In this document: positions 20,272-30,344 of the stretch, piece after piece | Layout: every line of letters starts with the position of its first letter | Position numbering within the stretch: the first letter of the stretch is position 1 | Sequence record: DRR723986_4928 | Reading direction: 5' to 3' (one strand) | Length of the DNA: 64,000 nucleotides | Notes under the pieces: generated by a model | The model's database searches: none | What the model was told of the DNA's origin: nothing | Seen by the model: the letters and a program-made list of their open reading frames with translations, nothing else | Made by a program: the position numbers and the translations under genes

Positions 20272-21531
20272 TTATTCGCCAACAACGATGCGCCCTTGCG
20301 AGATACCAGCATAGGAAAGGTCGCTCCGAGCGCGCTCCGCTTCAGACCGGCTGAGCAGCGGACCAACGCGAACACGGAAGTAATCTGCACCGTTCACACG
20401 TGCCGGCACGATCGTCACTGGCAGAGATGCCTGAACGCGATTGCTGAGGGTCTGCGCATTCGAAATATCGGTGAAAGACCCGATCTGGACGAAATAGTCG
20501 CCCGCATCTACGGCTGGTGCGGGCGTATTGTAGGCATAGGTTAGCGTTTCCTCGCGCGGCTGTGGTGCCACCGGAGCGGGTTCATATGCAACCGGGGCAA
20601 CATAGTCAGCTGCCTCATAAGGCGTGCTCGAAGCCATTTGCGGTGCTGGTTCCGGTGAGGACGGCGCTGCGCCGAGATATCGAACGCGGAGTTTAGCCTT
20701 CCCTGCCCCGTTCATGCCGAGTTCGTTTGCAGCGCGCGGTGAAACCTGCAGCGAAGCGCCGTCTTCAAACGGACCGCGATCGTTCACGCGCAACACGACT
20801 TCCTGGCCAGTTTCCGTATTCACCACCTGAATGAGACTCGGCAAAGGCAGGGTCGGATGAGCAGCCGTCATGGCGCTCGGATCAAACGTTTCGCCATTGG
20901 CGGTCGGCAGGCCGTTAAATTCCGCGCCATAGACAATTGCGACGCTCGTTTCGTCAAACACCGGAACGGGCTCGCTGGAAACGGCATATGCTGCGGCCGG
21001 AGTGAGCGTCCGGACGGAAGGCTGGTATGACGACTGAGAAACTGCAGGTGCCGGAGGTGGCGGTGTGACTGGTTGAAGGCTCTCCAGTGGCTCGCTTTCC
21101 ACGGCAGACACGGACCGCTGGGCTTCAATACGCGCAGCAGCTGCGCGTGCGTCGAAGCTGTTCGGGCTCGTACCGGAAACGGCGGAATAGTTCGGAGTGG
21201 CAGCCTCAATGCTCGCATATTCACGGGCTGCAGGTTCCGGATGTTGGATCCCCTGCCCTGCAGTTACACCAGCGCTTTCAGCGGCATCCGCAGAGCCCGG
21301 ATAACGGAACTGAATGCGCGCCTGCTTCTTCTGTTTGGCGTCCGGGGTGCGGCTCGGCTCGATGTATTGCGGCTTACCTTCCGGATAGGGCGACGTTCCG
21401 GTGGCATAGACAATCGGAGCCGGGTCGCGCTTGCCGGCATGAGCCGGAGCAGCGAGGGCAAGTGCAATCGCGCCGGTAAGGACCAGCGACGGGAAATGCA
21501 GCGATTTCGATGCGGAAGAAACGGTCTTCAA
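20272..21531 (-). CDS. rlpA: RlpA-like protein (DPBB plus SPOR domain)
   Basis: TANGETFD, TAAHPTLP, RVNDRGPF; C-terminal SPOR (YFVQIGSF, FRVRVGP); upstream of dacA. Confidence 0.85.
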   Translation of the reverse strand: MKTVSSASKSLHFPSLVLTGAIALALAAPAHAGKRDPAPIVYATGTSPYPEGKPQYIEPSRTPDAKQKKQARIQFRYPGSADAAESAGVTAGQGIQHPEPAAREYASIEAATPNYSAVSGTSPNSFDARAAAARIEAQRSVSAVESEPLESLQPVTPPPPAPAVSQSSYQPSVRTLTPAAAYAVSSEPVPVFDETSVAIVYGAEFNGLPTANGETFDPSAMTAAHPTLPLPSLIQVVNTETGQEVVLRVNDRGPFEDGASLQVSPRAANELGMNGAGKAKLRVRYLGAAPSSPEPAPQMASSTPYEAADYVAPVAYEPAPVAPQPREETLTYAYNTPAPAVDAGDYFVQIGSFTDISNAQTLSNRVQASLPVTIVPARVNGADYFRVRVGPLLSRSEAERARSDLSYAGISQGRIVVGE

Positions 21532-21731
21532 GGTTCACCTCATTCTGAGCTGCGGGTCATTTAATGACCCTTTCGGATGGCTTTTCTGCCCTCCAGCGAA
21601 CCCTCTGTAGCATAGTGTGGTGCAAGCCTTATGAACCGCACCTGAAGGATCCGGAGACTACGGTTACCGGCTGTTTACCAGATTTCAAGCTATGCCCTTG
21701 CCGTTCTGCTTTTGAATGTGAATATCCGGGT

Positions 21732-22754
21732 ATGAGCTTCCATCAGATGGCATACGGCCGACTTTCAACATTTCTAATTATCTTCACTGTGGCCTGCGGC
21801 GCAGCCCCAGACGTGAGCGAGCCATCAGGACCAGTGCTGAACCCTGCCGCAGAAACGCGTCTGGAGAAGTCCTTGGAGACGCCTCAAACTTGGCCACACC
21901 CTGACCCGGCTGGCTTGCCAGATGGTGAGCATAAGCAGCAGATACTCTACGGCGAGGCACTGATCCGGCGAACCTTCGACTTTGTTGGGCCAGACGTCGC
22001 AGATCCGGATATGCGGTTTGCAGGCAATCACCTTGCCTGTGGCTCCTGTCATCTTGATGCCGGCCGGCAACGCTACGGACTTTCGTTTATAGGCGTCTCG
22101 GATGCCTATCCACGAAATATGGCGCGCGAGAATGAGACCCGTACCCTGACCCAAAGGATCAATGGTTGCTTTGAGCGGAGCATGAACGGGCGAGTTCTAC
22201 CCGCTGACTCACCTGAGATGGACGCGATGGTCGCTTATATGGGATTTCTCAGTGACGCAGCGCCTACCGGCATGGATGGCCGCGGCGTACCATCTTTTTC
22301 TCTGTTGAACCGTGCTGCCGACCCAATTCGTGGGGCTGAGGTCTACACGACCTATTGTTCCGTTTGTCATGGAGACAATGGTCGCGGCACTCCGGATCCC
22401 GAAGGAGGCTCAGGTTATCTGTACCCGCCACTTTGGGGACCGGACAGTTTTAACAGCGGCGCCGGGATGCACCGGATCATCAAATCAGCCAATTTCATTC
22501 GGGCGAACATGCCCTTTGGTGCCACATTCGAAAATCCGGTCTTATCAGAAGAGGAAGCTTTCGATGTGGCCGCCTTCATCAATATCCAATCAAGGCCAAT
22601 CAAAGTCGGGCTCGATCGCGATTACCCGGACCGGTCCCGGAAACCCGTTGATGCCCCCTTCCCGCCCTATGACGACGGCTTTTCTTCAGAGCAGCACAAA
22701 TTCGGCCCTTGGGGCGAAATGATCGAAGTCCGGAAGGAGCGTTCCGGGAAATAG
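21732..22754 (+). CDS. tsdA: Diheme cytochrome c, TsdA-like thiosulfate dehydrogenase/tetrathionate reductase, predicted lipoprotein
   Basis: CGSCH and CSVCH; RINGCFERSMNG (catalytic Cys), YPPLWG..SFN.GAGM, NMP; lipobox TVAC. Confidence 0.78.
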   Translation: MSFHQMAYGRLSTFLIIFTVACGAAPDVSEPSGPVLNPAAETRLEKSLETPQTWPHPDPAGLPDGEHKQQILYGEALIRRTFDFVGPDVADPDMRFAGNHLACGSCHLDAGRQRYGLSFIGVSDAYPRNMARENETRTLTQRINGCFERSMNGRVLPADSPEMDAMVAYMGFLSDAAPTGMDGRGVPSFSLLNRAADPIRGAEVYTTYCSVCHGDNGRGTPDPEGGSGYLYPPLWGPDSFNSGAGMHRIIKSANFIRANMPFGATFENPVLSEEEAFDVAAFINIQSRPIKVGLDRDYPDRSRKPVDAPFPPYDDGFSSEQHKFGPWGEMIEVRKERSGK

Positions 22755-22780
22755 GCACACACCTTACAGATTTGGCCTTG

Positions 22781-22871
<91 letters not shown>

Positions 22872-23023
22872 GCGGCAAACGGCTGTTTTCACGATCCGGG
22901 CGCGACAGGCAAGCCCCCTTCTGCGCTCGCTTGCCCGGCTCTCTTTGCGGAAGGACTGGAAATTAGGCCCGGACTGTCCGAAGGTTCACCCGAAAATGAC
23001 ATATAATCCGGAGGAATTCGCTC

Positions 23024-24223
23024 ATGCTCGAGGGCATCAAGGTCATCGAATACGCAACCTATATGGCCGCGCCAGGTGCAGGATCGATTCTCAGTGACTG
23101 GGGCGCAGACGTCATCAAAGTCGAGCCGCCGGGCGGGGATCCGATCCGGATATTCTTCCGGACGCTTGGAACGGATATTCAGGACAATCCCGTGTTCGAT
23201 TTCGACAACCGCGGGAAAAAGTCGATCGCGATCGATACTTCCAAGCCGGAAGGCCAGAAGCTGCTGAGGAAGATGGTCGAAGAAGCCGATGTGTTCCTGA
23301 CCAATGTCCGGCCAGGCGGACTGGAACGATCCGGTCTCAGCTATGAGGAACTCAGCAAGATCAATCCGAAACTCGTCTATTGCTCCCTCACAGGCTACGG
23401 GCTGGAAGGCCCCGATGCCGACCGGCCGGGTTTCGACGTGGCGAGTTTCTGGAGCCGGACCGGCGTCGGCGCCCTGACAGTGCCCAAGGGGCAGGAACCC
23501 TTCCCTCTACGGACGGCCTTCGGTGATCACACGACGTCCATGGCAACTGCTGCAGGTATTTGCGCGGCCCTGGTGGGATCGACCCGGACCGGAAAAGGGC
23601 GCCTGGTGGAGTCATCGCTTTTCCGTGCCGGTCTCTACGCCCTCGGATCAGATTTCGCGATCCAGCTTTTCTTCAATCGTGTCGCCTCGACAAAGAGCCG
23701 GCATGAGCAGAACGTGCCCATGACCAATTTCTTCAAAACCAAGGATGATAGCTGGATTTGTATCGTTCAGCGTCAGGGCGACGTGGACTGGGTTCCGATG
23801 TGCAAGGTGATTGGCCGCGAAGACCTGATCGAAGATCCCCGCTTCACGAGTTCCAAGGCCCGCCGCCAGAACGGGTCTGAACTCGTCGACATCATCGACA
23901 CCGGATTTGCGAAATTCACCAAGGACGAAATCTCCGCACGTCTGGACGAGCATTCCATCGCCTGGGCACCGGTGCAGACACTCGCCGAAGTCGCAAAGGA
24001 CCCGCAGACAAAGGCAGCCGGTGCGATCGTGGACGTGCCAAGCAGCAAAGGCGACGGATCGACCTTCCCTTCCCCGGCTTCGCCCGTCCGGTTCCCGGGT
24101 GCCGATGACGGCCCGAAAGGACCGTCACCAAAACTTGGAGAACATACGCGTGCTGTCTTGGAGGGGCTTGGATTGCCTTCCGGTGACATCGACGCGCTTT
24201 ATGCCGACGGAGTCGTGAAGTAG
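23024..24223 (+). CDS. CaiB/BaiF family III CoA-transferase
   Basis: GADVIKVEPP.GD, NRGKKSI, ADVFLTNVRPG, GDH catalytic Asp region. Confidence 0.92.
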   Translation: MLEGIKVIEYATYMAAPGAGSILSDWGADVIKVEPPGGDPIRIFFRTLGTDIQDNPVFDFDNRGKKSIAIDTSKPEGQKLLRKMVEEADVFLTNVRPGGLERSGLSYEELSKINPKLVYCSLTGYGLEGPDADRPGFDVASFWSRTGVGALTVPKGQEPFPLRTAFGDHTTSMATAAGICAALVGSTRTGKGRLVESSLFRAGLYALGSDFAIQLFFNRVASTKSRHEQNVPMTNFFKTKDDSWICIVQRQGDVDWVPMCKVIGREDLIEDPRFTSSKARRQNGSELVDIIDTGFAKFTKDEISARLDEHSIAWAPVQTLAEVAKDPQTKAAGAIVDVPSSKGDGSTFPSPASPVRFPGADDGPKGPSPKLGEHTRAVLEGLGLPSGDIDALYADGVVK

Positions 24224-24226
24224 CGC

Positions 24227-25024
24227 CTATTCGCCTTTGAATTCAGGTGTGCGCTTTTCGAGGATGGCGTTGACGCCTTCCATGTGATCGTCGGTCTCGT
24301 GCATCAGCGCCTGCGCTGCGGCAGACATTTCCATGATTGTGTCATAGGACGTCGTCGCGCCTTGGCGCATCAGCGTCTTGGCGAGGCGCAGTGCTTGCGG
24401 CGGCTGGCCTGCAATGCGCTGGGCGAGCGACATGGCTTCGTCCATCAGCTGCTCTCCCGGAACCACTTGAGAGACGAGCCCCCACTCGCAGGCGGTCTGG
24501 GCATCGATGACGTCACCAGTGAAGAGAAGCTGTGCTGCCCGCGAGGAGCCGATCAGGCGCGGCAGTAGCCAGGCGCCGCCATCTCCTGGGATCAGCCCCA
24601 GCTTCAGGAAGGTCACGCCCATCTTGGCCTTCTCGGATGCAATCCGGATATCCGCCATGCAAGCCACATCGCAACCAAGACCGATAGCCGGTCCGTTGAT
24701 CGCGGAGATCAGCGGAACTTCCAGATTGTATAGAGACCGCACGATCACATGTATGTTCCGGCGGTAGCCTTCGCGAATGTCGTGCGGCTTACCGCCGAAG
24801 GCGCCGGTCTTGTTCTGCATCGCCTTGACATCGCCCCCGGCCGAAAAGGCCCGACCGGCGCCAGTGAGGATGGCACACCGCATTTCGGGGTCCGCCGTGA
24901 TTTCTGCGCAGGCGGCCGCAATGGCCTTTCCGTCACCATCCTGACCGAGCGCATTCATTGCGTCCGGCCGGTTGAGCGTCATGACGACGATGGGACCCTG
25001 TTTTTCGAGTTTGATGACCGACAT
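24227..25024 (-). CDS. Enoyl-CoA hydratase/crotonase family protein
   Basis: LNRPD.MNA, AFSAGGD, AINGPAIGLG; GGAGG RBS before ATG 25024. Confidence 0.9.
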   Translation of the reverse strand: MSVIKLEKQGPIVVMTLNRPDAMNALGQDGDGKAIAAACAEITADPEMRCAILTGAGRAFSAGGDVKAMQNKTGAFGGKPHDIREGYRRNIHVIVRSLYNLEVPLISAINGPAIGLGCDVACMADIRIASEKAKMGVTFLKLGLIPGDGGAWLLPRLIGSSRAAQLLFTGDVIDAQTACEWGLVSQVVPGEQLMDEAMSLAQRIAGQPPQALRLAKTLMRQGATTSYDTIMEMSAAAQALMHETDDHMEGVNAILEKRTPEFKGE

Positions 25025-25107
25025 CCGGCTTGCCTCCAATTTTGCTGGCAGGAGAACTGGCAGCCCCTGCCTCGCTTGTCCATGTATCTGCCCGGGGTGA
25101 TTTCGTC

Positions 25108-25899
25108 TCAGGTCAGGATTTTCGCACGGAAACGGGTTCCCGGAGCCGGTGGATCATTCCGGCCACCGGCGAAACACTGCGCCTTCGACATCCAGTTTTC
25201 CGCAACCGGTCCCGTCACCGTCAGGTTCGTATCCTTTATGTGGCGTGTCTGCGTCACGACCTGGCAGAATTCCGTGGCGCGGCCCTCAATCCAATTGGCG
25301 TCGTCTTCTTCGCCAAACGACCATATTTCTCCGGATGGTGCCGTAAGCTTCACGTAAGGCATGGGGCCGATTGGCTCTTCCTTTCGGACCAGGTAAGTCC
25401 ATCCATAAGTATTGATGCCCAGCACGGCGATATTTTTGATCCTGTCGGCATCCACCCGTTCCGCCCCAAGCACATCATAGATTTCCTGTCCGTGGGCCCA
25501 TGTCTCCATGAGTCTTGCCGTTATGGACGAGCGCGCGCTCATGGATGGTCCGGCCCACTTCAGGCGGGCTTTGGGGTCTGCTTCCGCAAAAACTTCCGCA
25601 GTCTTTTGCACCTGATCCCACCACACCGAGAGCAGCGGGCGACCGGATGCCCCGCCCACATGAGCCTGCTCACGAGGGCGCATGCCTTGGGCGCCGACAG
25701 CTGCGAGCTCTTGGTCGAGCCGGGCTTCATCCACAATCTGCAGCTCAGCCATCCAGTTCCAGAAATGGAGATGGCGGAGCACATCATCGACCGTCCAGTC
25801 CTTGAACTGCGTCACCTTGCCGAAGTCCGCTTCGGGCCGGTTCACGAGTAGCCCGTAAAGTGCCCGGCTTTCCTCGAGGAAGTCGCCTGCCTGTTCCAT
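25108..25899 (-). CDS. TIGR03084-like metal-binding protein (MDMPI/DinB superfamily)
   Basis: WTVDDVLRHL, WAGPSMSARSSITARLMETWAHGQ, LTAPSGEIW, FCQVVTQTR, AQCFAG. Confidence 0.8.
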   Translation of the reverse strand: MEQAGDFLEESRALYGLLVNRPEADFGKVTQFKDWTVDDVLRHLHFWNWMAELQIVDEARLDQELAAVGAQGMRPREQAHVGGASGRPLLSVWWDQVQKTAEVFAEADPKARLKWAGPSMSARSSITARLMETWAHGQEIYDVLGAERVDADRIKNIAVLGINTYGWTYLVRKEEPIGPMPYVKLTAPSGEIWSFGEEDDANWIEGRATEFCQVVTQTRHIKDTNLTVTGPVAENWMSKAQCFAGGRNDPPAPGTRFRAKILT

Positions 25900-25963
25900 A
25901 CTTTCCTCCCTTGTTTTCGCCATATTCGGCGAGACCGGCAGGAATTGCCACACTTCCCCGGCG

Positions 25964-26413
25964 CTAACTCTCGAGAGCTTTGATCATATCGACGCGAGTT
26001 CCGTGCCGGCCGCCTTCAAATTCGGCGTTCAGGAAAGCGTCGACGATGTCCAGCGCCAGTCCTTCTCCAACGACGCGCGCGCCCAGGGACAACATGTTCG
26101 CATCATTATGTTGCCGGATCATTCGGGCAGAGAAGGTGTCACTGCATACCCCGCAACGAATACCTTTCACCTTGTTGGCGGCCATCATGATGCCTTGGCC
26201 GGTGCCGCAAACGATAATCCCGAGCTGGCATTCGCCGGAAGCAACCTTCTTCGCCGCTGCTTCACCGTGTATCGGATAGTGGGTGCTTTCCGATGTCATA
26301 GGTCCGATATCGACCACATCCCAGCCTTGAGCCGCGACATGCGCCGCAATCGTTTTGCGAAGTTCAATGTCCGCGTGATCGCTGGACAGAACGATGCGCT
26401 TATTGGTGCTCAT
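25964..26413 (-). CDS. rpiB: Ribose-5-phosphate isomerase B
   Basis: SDHA, CGTGQG, AANK, HNDAN, FEGGRH. Confidence 0.93.
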   Translation of the reverse strand: MSTNKRIVLSSDHADIELRKTIAAHVAAQGWDVVDIGPMTSESTHYPIHGEAAAKKVASGECQLGIIVCGTGQGIMMAANKVKGIRCGVCSDTFSARMIRQHNDANMLSLGARVVGEGLALDIVDAFLNAEFEGGRHGTRVDMIKALES

Positions 26414-26426
26414 CGGGATTCAGCCC

Positions 26427-27989
26427 CTATTCCCACTCGATTGTGCCGGGCGGCTTCGACGTCACATCGTAGACGACGCGATTGACGCCCTTCACTTCAT
26501 TGATGATCCGTGTCGCGACGCGGCCGAGGAATTCATGCTCGAAGGGATAATAGTCCGCGGTCATACCATCTGTGGATGTCACAGCGCGAAGCGCGAGGAC
26601 GGCCTCATAGGTACGCTCATCGCCCATCACGCCGACCGTGTTGACAGGCAGCAGGACGCTGAAAGCCTGCCAGATCTCGTTGTAGAGACCCGCCTTGCGG
26701 ATCTCTTCGATATAGATCGCATCGGCTTTGCGCAGCGTGTCAGCTTTCTCGCGGGTGATCGCACCCGGAATACGGATCGCAAGGCCCGGGCCCGGGAACG
26801 GATGACGGTCGACAAAGGCATCGGTCAGGCCAAGCTCCCGGCCAAGCGCGCGGACTTCGTCCTTGAAGAGCTCGCGCAGCGGCTCGACCAGCTTCATGTT
26901 CATCCGCTCGGGAAGGCCGCCAACATTGTGGTGGCTCTTGATCGTGACGGACGGGCCTCCGAGTGCGGAAACGCTCTCGATTACGTCTGGATAAAGCGTT
27001 CCCTGAGCAAGAAAATCTGCGCCGCCGATCTTCTTCGCTTCGTCTTCAAAAACGTCGATGAACAGGCCGCCGATGATTTTCCGTTTGCGCTCCGGATCCG
27101 TCACACCTTCGAGCTTGCCGAGGAAGAGGTCCGACGCATCCACATGGACCAGCGGAATATTGTAGTATTCGCGGAACAGGTTCACGACCTGATCGCTTTC
27201 GCCCGCGCGCATCAGCCCGTGATCGACATAGACGCAGGTCAACTGGTCGCCGATCGCTTCGTGGATGAGAACAGCGGCAACCGAGGAGTCGACTCCGCCG
27301 GACAGGCCGCAGATCACGCGCCCCTCTCCGACCTGATCACGGATCTTCTGGACCGCTTCAGCGCGGTAGGCAGCCATCGTCCAATCGCCCTTCAGACCGG
27401 CGACACCATGCGTGAAATTGCGCAGCAGCTGGCGGCCATGGGTCGTGTGAACGACTTCCGGATGGAACTGCGTGCCGTAGAAGTGCCGCTCCGGGTCCGC
27501 GATGATTGCGTACGGTGCGCCGGGGGATTTCGCGATCACGCCGAAGCCGGAGGCCATGTCGGCAACATGGTCGCCATGGCTCATCCAGACCTGCTCGTGG
27601 TCGCCGGCGTGGAAAAGGCCTTCAAGGATCGGATCATCAACGACCTTTTCGATGAACGCCCGACCGAATTCGCGGCTGGTGCCACTTTCGACCTTGCCGC
27701 CCAGCTGTTCCATCATCACCTGCTGGCCGTAGCAGATTCCAAGTACCGGAACGCCGAGGCTGAAGACGGCATCGTCCGCCCTTGGGCTGCCCTCCCAGGT
27801 GACGCTGGATGGGCCGCCTGAGAGGATGATGGCCTTCGGGTCGTAATCTGCCAGAAACGCGGCATCGACTTTGTTGAAGGGGTGAATTTCGCAGTAGACG
27901 CCGCTCTCGCGAAGCCGCCGGGCGATCAGCTGAGTCACCTGGCTTCCAAAGTCGACGATAAGGGCGCGTTCGTGTCTCTGGTCAGTCAT
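26427..27989 (-). CDS. guaA: GMP synthase
   Basis: [39 protein letters not shown]. Confidence 0.98.
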   Translation of the reverse strand: MTDQRHERALIVDFGSQVTQLIARRLRESGVYCEIHPFNKVDAAFLADYDPKAIILSGGPSSVTWEGSPRADDAVFSLGVPVLGICYGQQVMMEQLGGKVESGTSREFGRAFIEKVVDDPILEGLFHAGDHEQVWMSHGDHVADMASGFGVIAKSPGAPYAIIADPERHFYGTQFHPEVVHTTHGRQLLRNFTHGVAGLKGDWTMAAYRAEAVQKIRDQVGEGRVICGLSGGVDSSVAAVLIHEAIGDQLTCVYVDHGLMRAGESDQVVNLFREYYNIPLVHVDASDLFLGKLEGVTDPERKRKIIGGLFIDVFEDEAKKIGGADFLAQGTLYPDVIESVSALGGPSVTIKSHHNVGGLPERMNMKLVEPLRELFKDEVRALGRELGLTDAFVDRHPFPGPGLAIRIPGAITREKADTLRKADAIYIEEIRKAGLYNEIWQAFSVLLPVNTVGVMGDERTYEAVLALRAVTSTDGMTADYYPFEHEFLGRVATRIINEVKGVNRVVYDVTSKPPGTIEWE

Positions 27990-28089
27990 GGCGCCGCTTA
28001 GCCGAGGATGAGAGATTCGTCCATATCAAGATGCGGCTGCGGCGCTGCTGGCGCTTGACCCTGCTGACGGACCGGCATTTCCTGCCGGA

Positions 28090-29154
28090 ATGACAACCAC
28101 TCTCCCCCTGGAAAGCCGCAAACAAGCGGCGTTTGAGCATGCTCGCGCCGGTCGATTTGGAGAGGCAGCCGAGTTGCTGCTCTCTGTTCTCAAGGAAGTG
28201 CCGCAGGACATCGGAGCGTTGTTGCTGCTCGGAGACGTCCAGCACGCCGCCGGACATACGCAGGATGCGAGCCGGGCCTATTCCGGCGCCCTGCAAGCGA
28301 TCCAGCTTGCCGGCGGACAAGTGGCGCCAGGGATCCAGCACGGTGTCCAACGGGCGCAGGCCCGCCTCGCAGAATATGCGCAAGGCTATGAAGCCTTCAT
28401 TGAAGGAGAACTGCCGAAGGCAAAGCGGAGCAAACGGTTTGACCAATCGGTGGATATCCTCCTGGGCAAGTCCGGCATCTATCTTCAGCAACCAACGAAA
28501 TACTATTTTCCCGGCCTGCCTCAGATCCAGTTCTACAACACCGCCGAATTCAATTGGGTCGCCGGCCTCGAAGCGAAGACGGCCGACATCAAACGCGAAC
28601 TGATGGGTGTTCTGGCGGATCATGCGGCCTTCCGGCCCTATCTGGAGCGTCACGACAGCCAACCGAACGTGAAGAGCCATAAACTTGTCGGCAATGATGA
28701 TTGGAGCGCCTTTTACCTCTGGAAGGACGGCGAGCGCGTGGAGGAAAATTGCGAACGGTGCCCAGTCACCGCCGACGCATTTGAGAACATTCCACTCGAC
28801 CGCCTACCTGGACAGGCGCCGTCGGTCCTGTTTTCCCTGCTCAAACCTAGCGCACATATTCCACCGCATCACGGACTGATCAATACCCGCCTGATCTGCC
28901 ACCTCCCGGTGCTGGTACCCGGGCCGGCCTGGCTTCGCGTCGGAAGCGAGACTCACCACTGGCAGGAAGGCAAAGTCTGCATCTTTGACGATAGCATCGA
29001 ACACGAAGCGAAGAATGATGCGAGCGAAACCCGCGTAGTCCTCCTGTTCGATATCTGGCGTCCGGAACTGTCTGAGCAAGAGCGGACCGAAATAGTGAAA
29101 TTCCTCGGCGCGATTTCCACTTTCTCTGGAGAGAAAGTCGTCACCGGGAACTGA
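28090..29154 (+). CDS. TPR-like plus aspartyl/asparaginyl beta-hydroxylase (2OG-Fe) domain protein 1
   Basis: Helical-repeat N-terminus; FS.L.P..HIPPHHG..N.RL.CHL, FDDSIEHEA.N, RVVLLFDIW. Confidence 0.88.
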   Translation: MTTTLPLESRKQAAFEHARAGRFGEAAELLLSVLKEVPQDIGALLLLGDVQHAAGHTQDASRAYSGALQAIQLAGGQVAPGIQHGVQRAQARLAEYAQGYEAFIEGELPKAKRSKRFDQSVDILLGKSGIYLQQPTKYYFPGLPQIQFYNTAEFNWVAGLEAKTADIKRELMGVLADHAAFRPYLERHDSQPNVKSHKLVGNDDWSAFYLWKDGERVEENCERCPVTADAFENIPLDRLPGQAPSVLFSLLKPSAHIPPHHGLINTRLICHLPVLVPGPAWLRVGSETHHWQEGKVCIFDDSIEHEAKNDASETRVVLLFDIWRPELSEQERTEIVKFLGAISTFSGEKVVTGN

Positions 29155-29183
29155 CCGGACAAGGCCTGCGGAAGGACGCCCCC

Positions 29184-30341
29184 ATGGACAGCAATCTTGA
29201 AAAGGCACGACAGATTGCCGGTCAGGGCATGCAGGCGCTCAATGCGCGCAATGGTGAGGCGGCTGAGGCGGCCTTTCAGCAGGCGATCGAACTTGGGTGG
29301 CCCGGCGCCGATATCTGGATCGTGCTGTCTCATGCGCGGTCGCTGAACAAGGACATGGCCGGATCTGAACAGGCACTTGCAGAAGCGATCCGCCGCGAAC
29401 CGGAAAATCCGCGTGCGCTGCTTTACATGGGCATGTTCCTGGACTCCTGCGGCCAATCTCTTCGCGCGCGATCCTTCTTTGAACAGGCCGTGCCGCTGGC
29501 AGAAGCGATTGGGAACAAGTCACCGGAAATTGCCGACCTCCTCGTCCGGGCCCGGCAGGCCTTGGCCCGCCCGGTTCAGAACGTTCGCCATCCGGTCGAT
29601 GATTTCATCGATGTTCACCAGCTGGGCAGCGAGCCCGAGGACGAACTGCTGATCGAATCTCTCCAGATCCTCGCCGAACGGAAGCGGCCATATTATTCCC
29701 AGCCGTCGCGGTTTCTGTATGCCGGCCTGCCGAACCGGCAATTTTTCCGACGCGATGAATTCTCGTGGACCGCCGCATTGGAAGCGAAGACCGACACCAT
29801 CCGGGCAGAACTGGACGCCGTGCTGGCGGAGGCGAGTCAGGCGGCAAGATTCACTCCCTATGTCGAAGACCGGAACCAGAAAGGCGCGCCGGGGGATTCT
29901 CCGCTGCTGAACAGCACCGACTGGAGTGCCTTCTACCTCGTCAAACAGGGCGAGCGGATTGGAGAGAACATCGCCACATGCCCGAAGACAATGGCGGCGG
30001 TCGACGCCATTGGTGCTGATGCCTTCCCGTCGCCGCGCCCGTCAGTCTTGTTTTCTCAGCTCAAGCCGGGAACCCGGATTCCGCCGCATGTCGGCATGTT
30101 CAATACCCGGCTTATCTGCCACCTTCCGCTGATCATCCCGGAGAAATGCAGCTTCCGCGTCGGTAACGACACCCGCGAATGGAAGCCGGGTGAGATGTTC
30201 ATACTCGACGACTCCATCAATCACGAAGCCTGGAACGAGAGCGCCGAACCGCGCTTCGTTCTGATCTTCGAGATCTGGCGGCCGGAACTTTCCGCCCGTC
30301 AGCGCGGCCTGCTGACGAAACTGTTCACGCCCGGGTTCTGA
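29184..30341 (+). CDS. TPR plus aspartyl/asparaginyl beta-hydroxylase domain protein 2
   Basis: TPR-like repeats; IPPHVG..NTRLICHL, DDSINHEAWN, RFVLIFEIW. Confidence 0.88.
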   Translation: MDSNLEKARQIAGQGMQALNARNGEAAEAAFQQAIELGWPGADIWIVLSHARSLNKDMAGSEQALAEAIRREPENPRALLYMGMFLDSCGQSLRARSFFEQAVPLAEAIGNKSPEIADLLVRARQALARPVQNVRHPVDDFIDVHQLGSEPEDELLIESLQILAERKRPYYSQPSRFLYAGLPNRQFFRRDEFSWTAALEAKTDTIRAELDAVLAEASQAARFTPYVEDRNQKGAPGDSPLLNSTDWSAFYLVKQGERIGENIATCPKTMAAVDAIGADAFPSPRPSVLFSQLKPGTRIPPHVGMFNTRLICHLPLIIPEKCSFRVGNDTREWKPGEMFILDDSINHEAWNESAEPRFVLIFEIWRPELSARQRGLLTKLFTPGF

Positions 30342-30344
30342 GCC

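Noticed and set aside
26394..27821. 475-aa ORF antisense to guaA; similar ones at 59189-60682, 11261-12313, 8448-9503, 40620-41867 and 35427-36341
   Set aside because: Shadow ORFs expected from high-GC codon bias opposite conserved genes; no motifs or RBS
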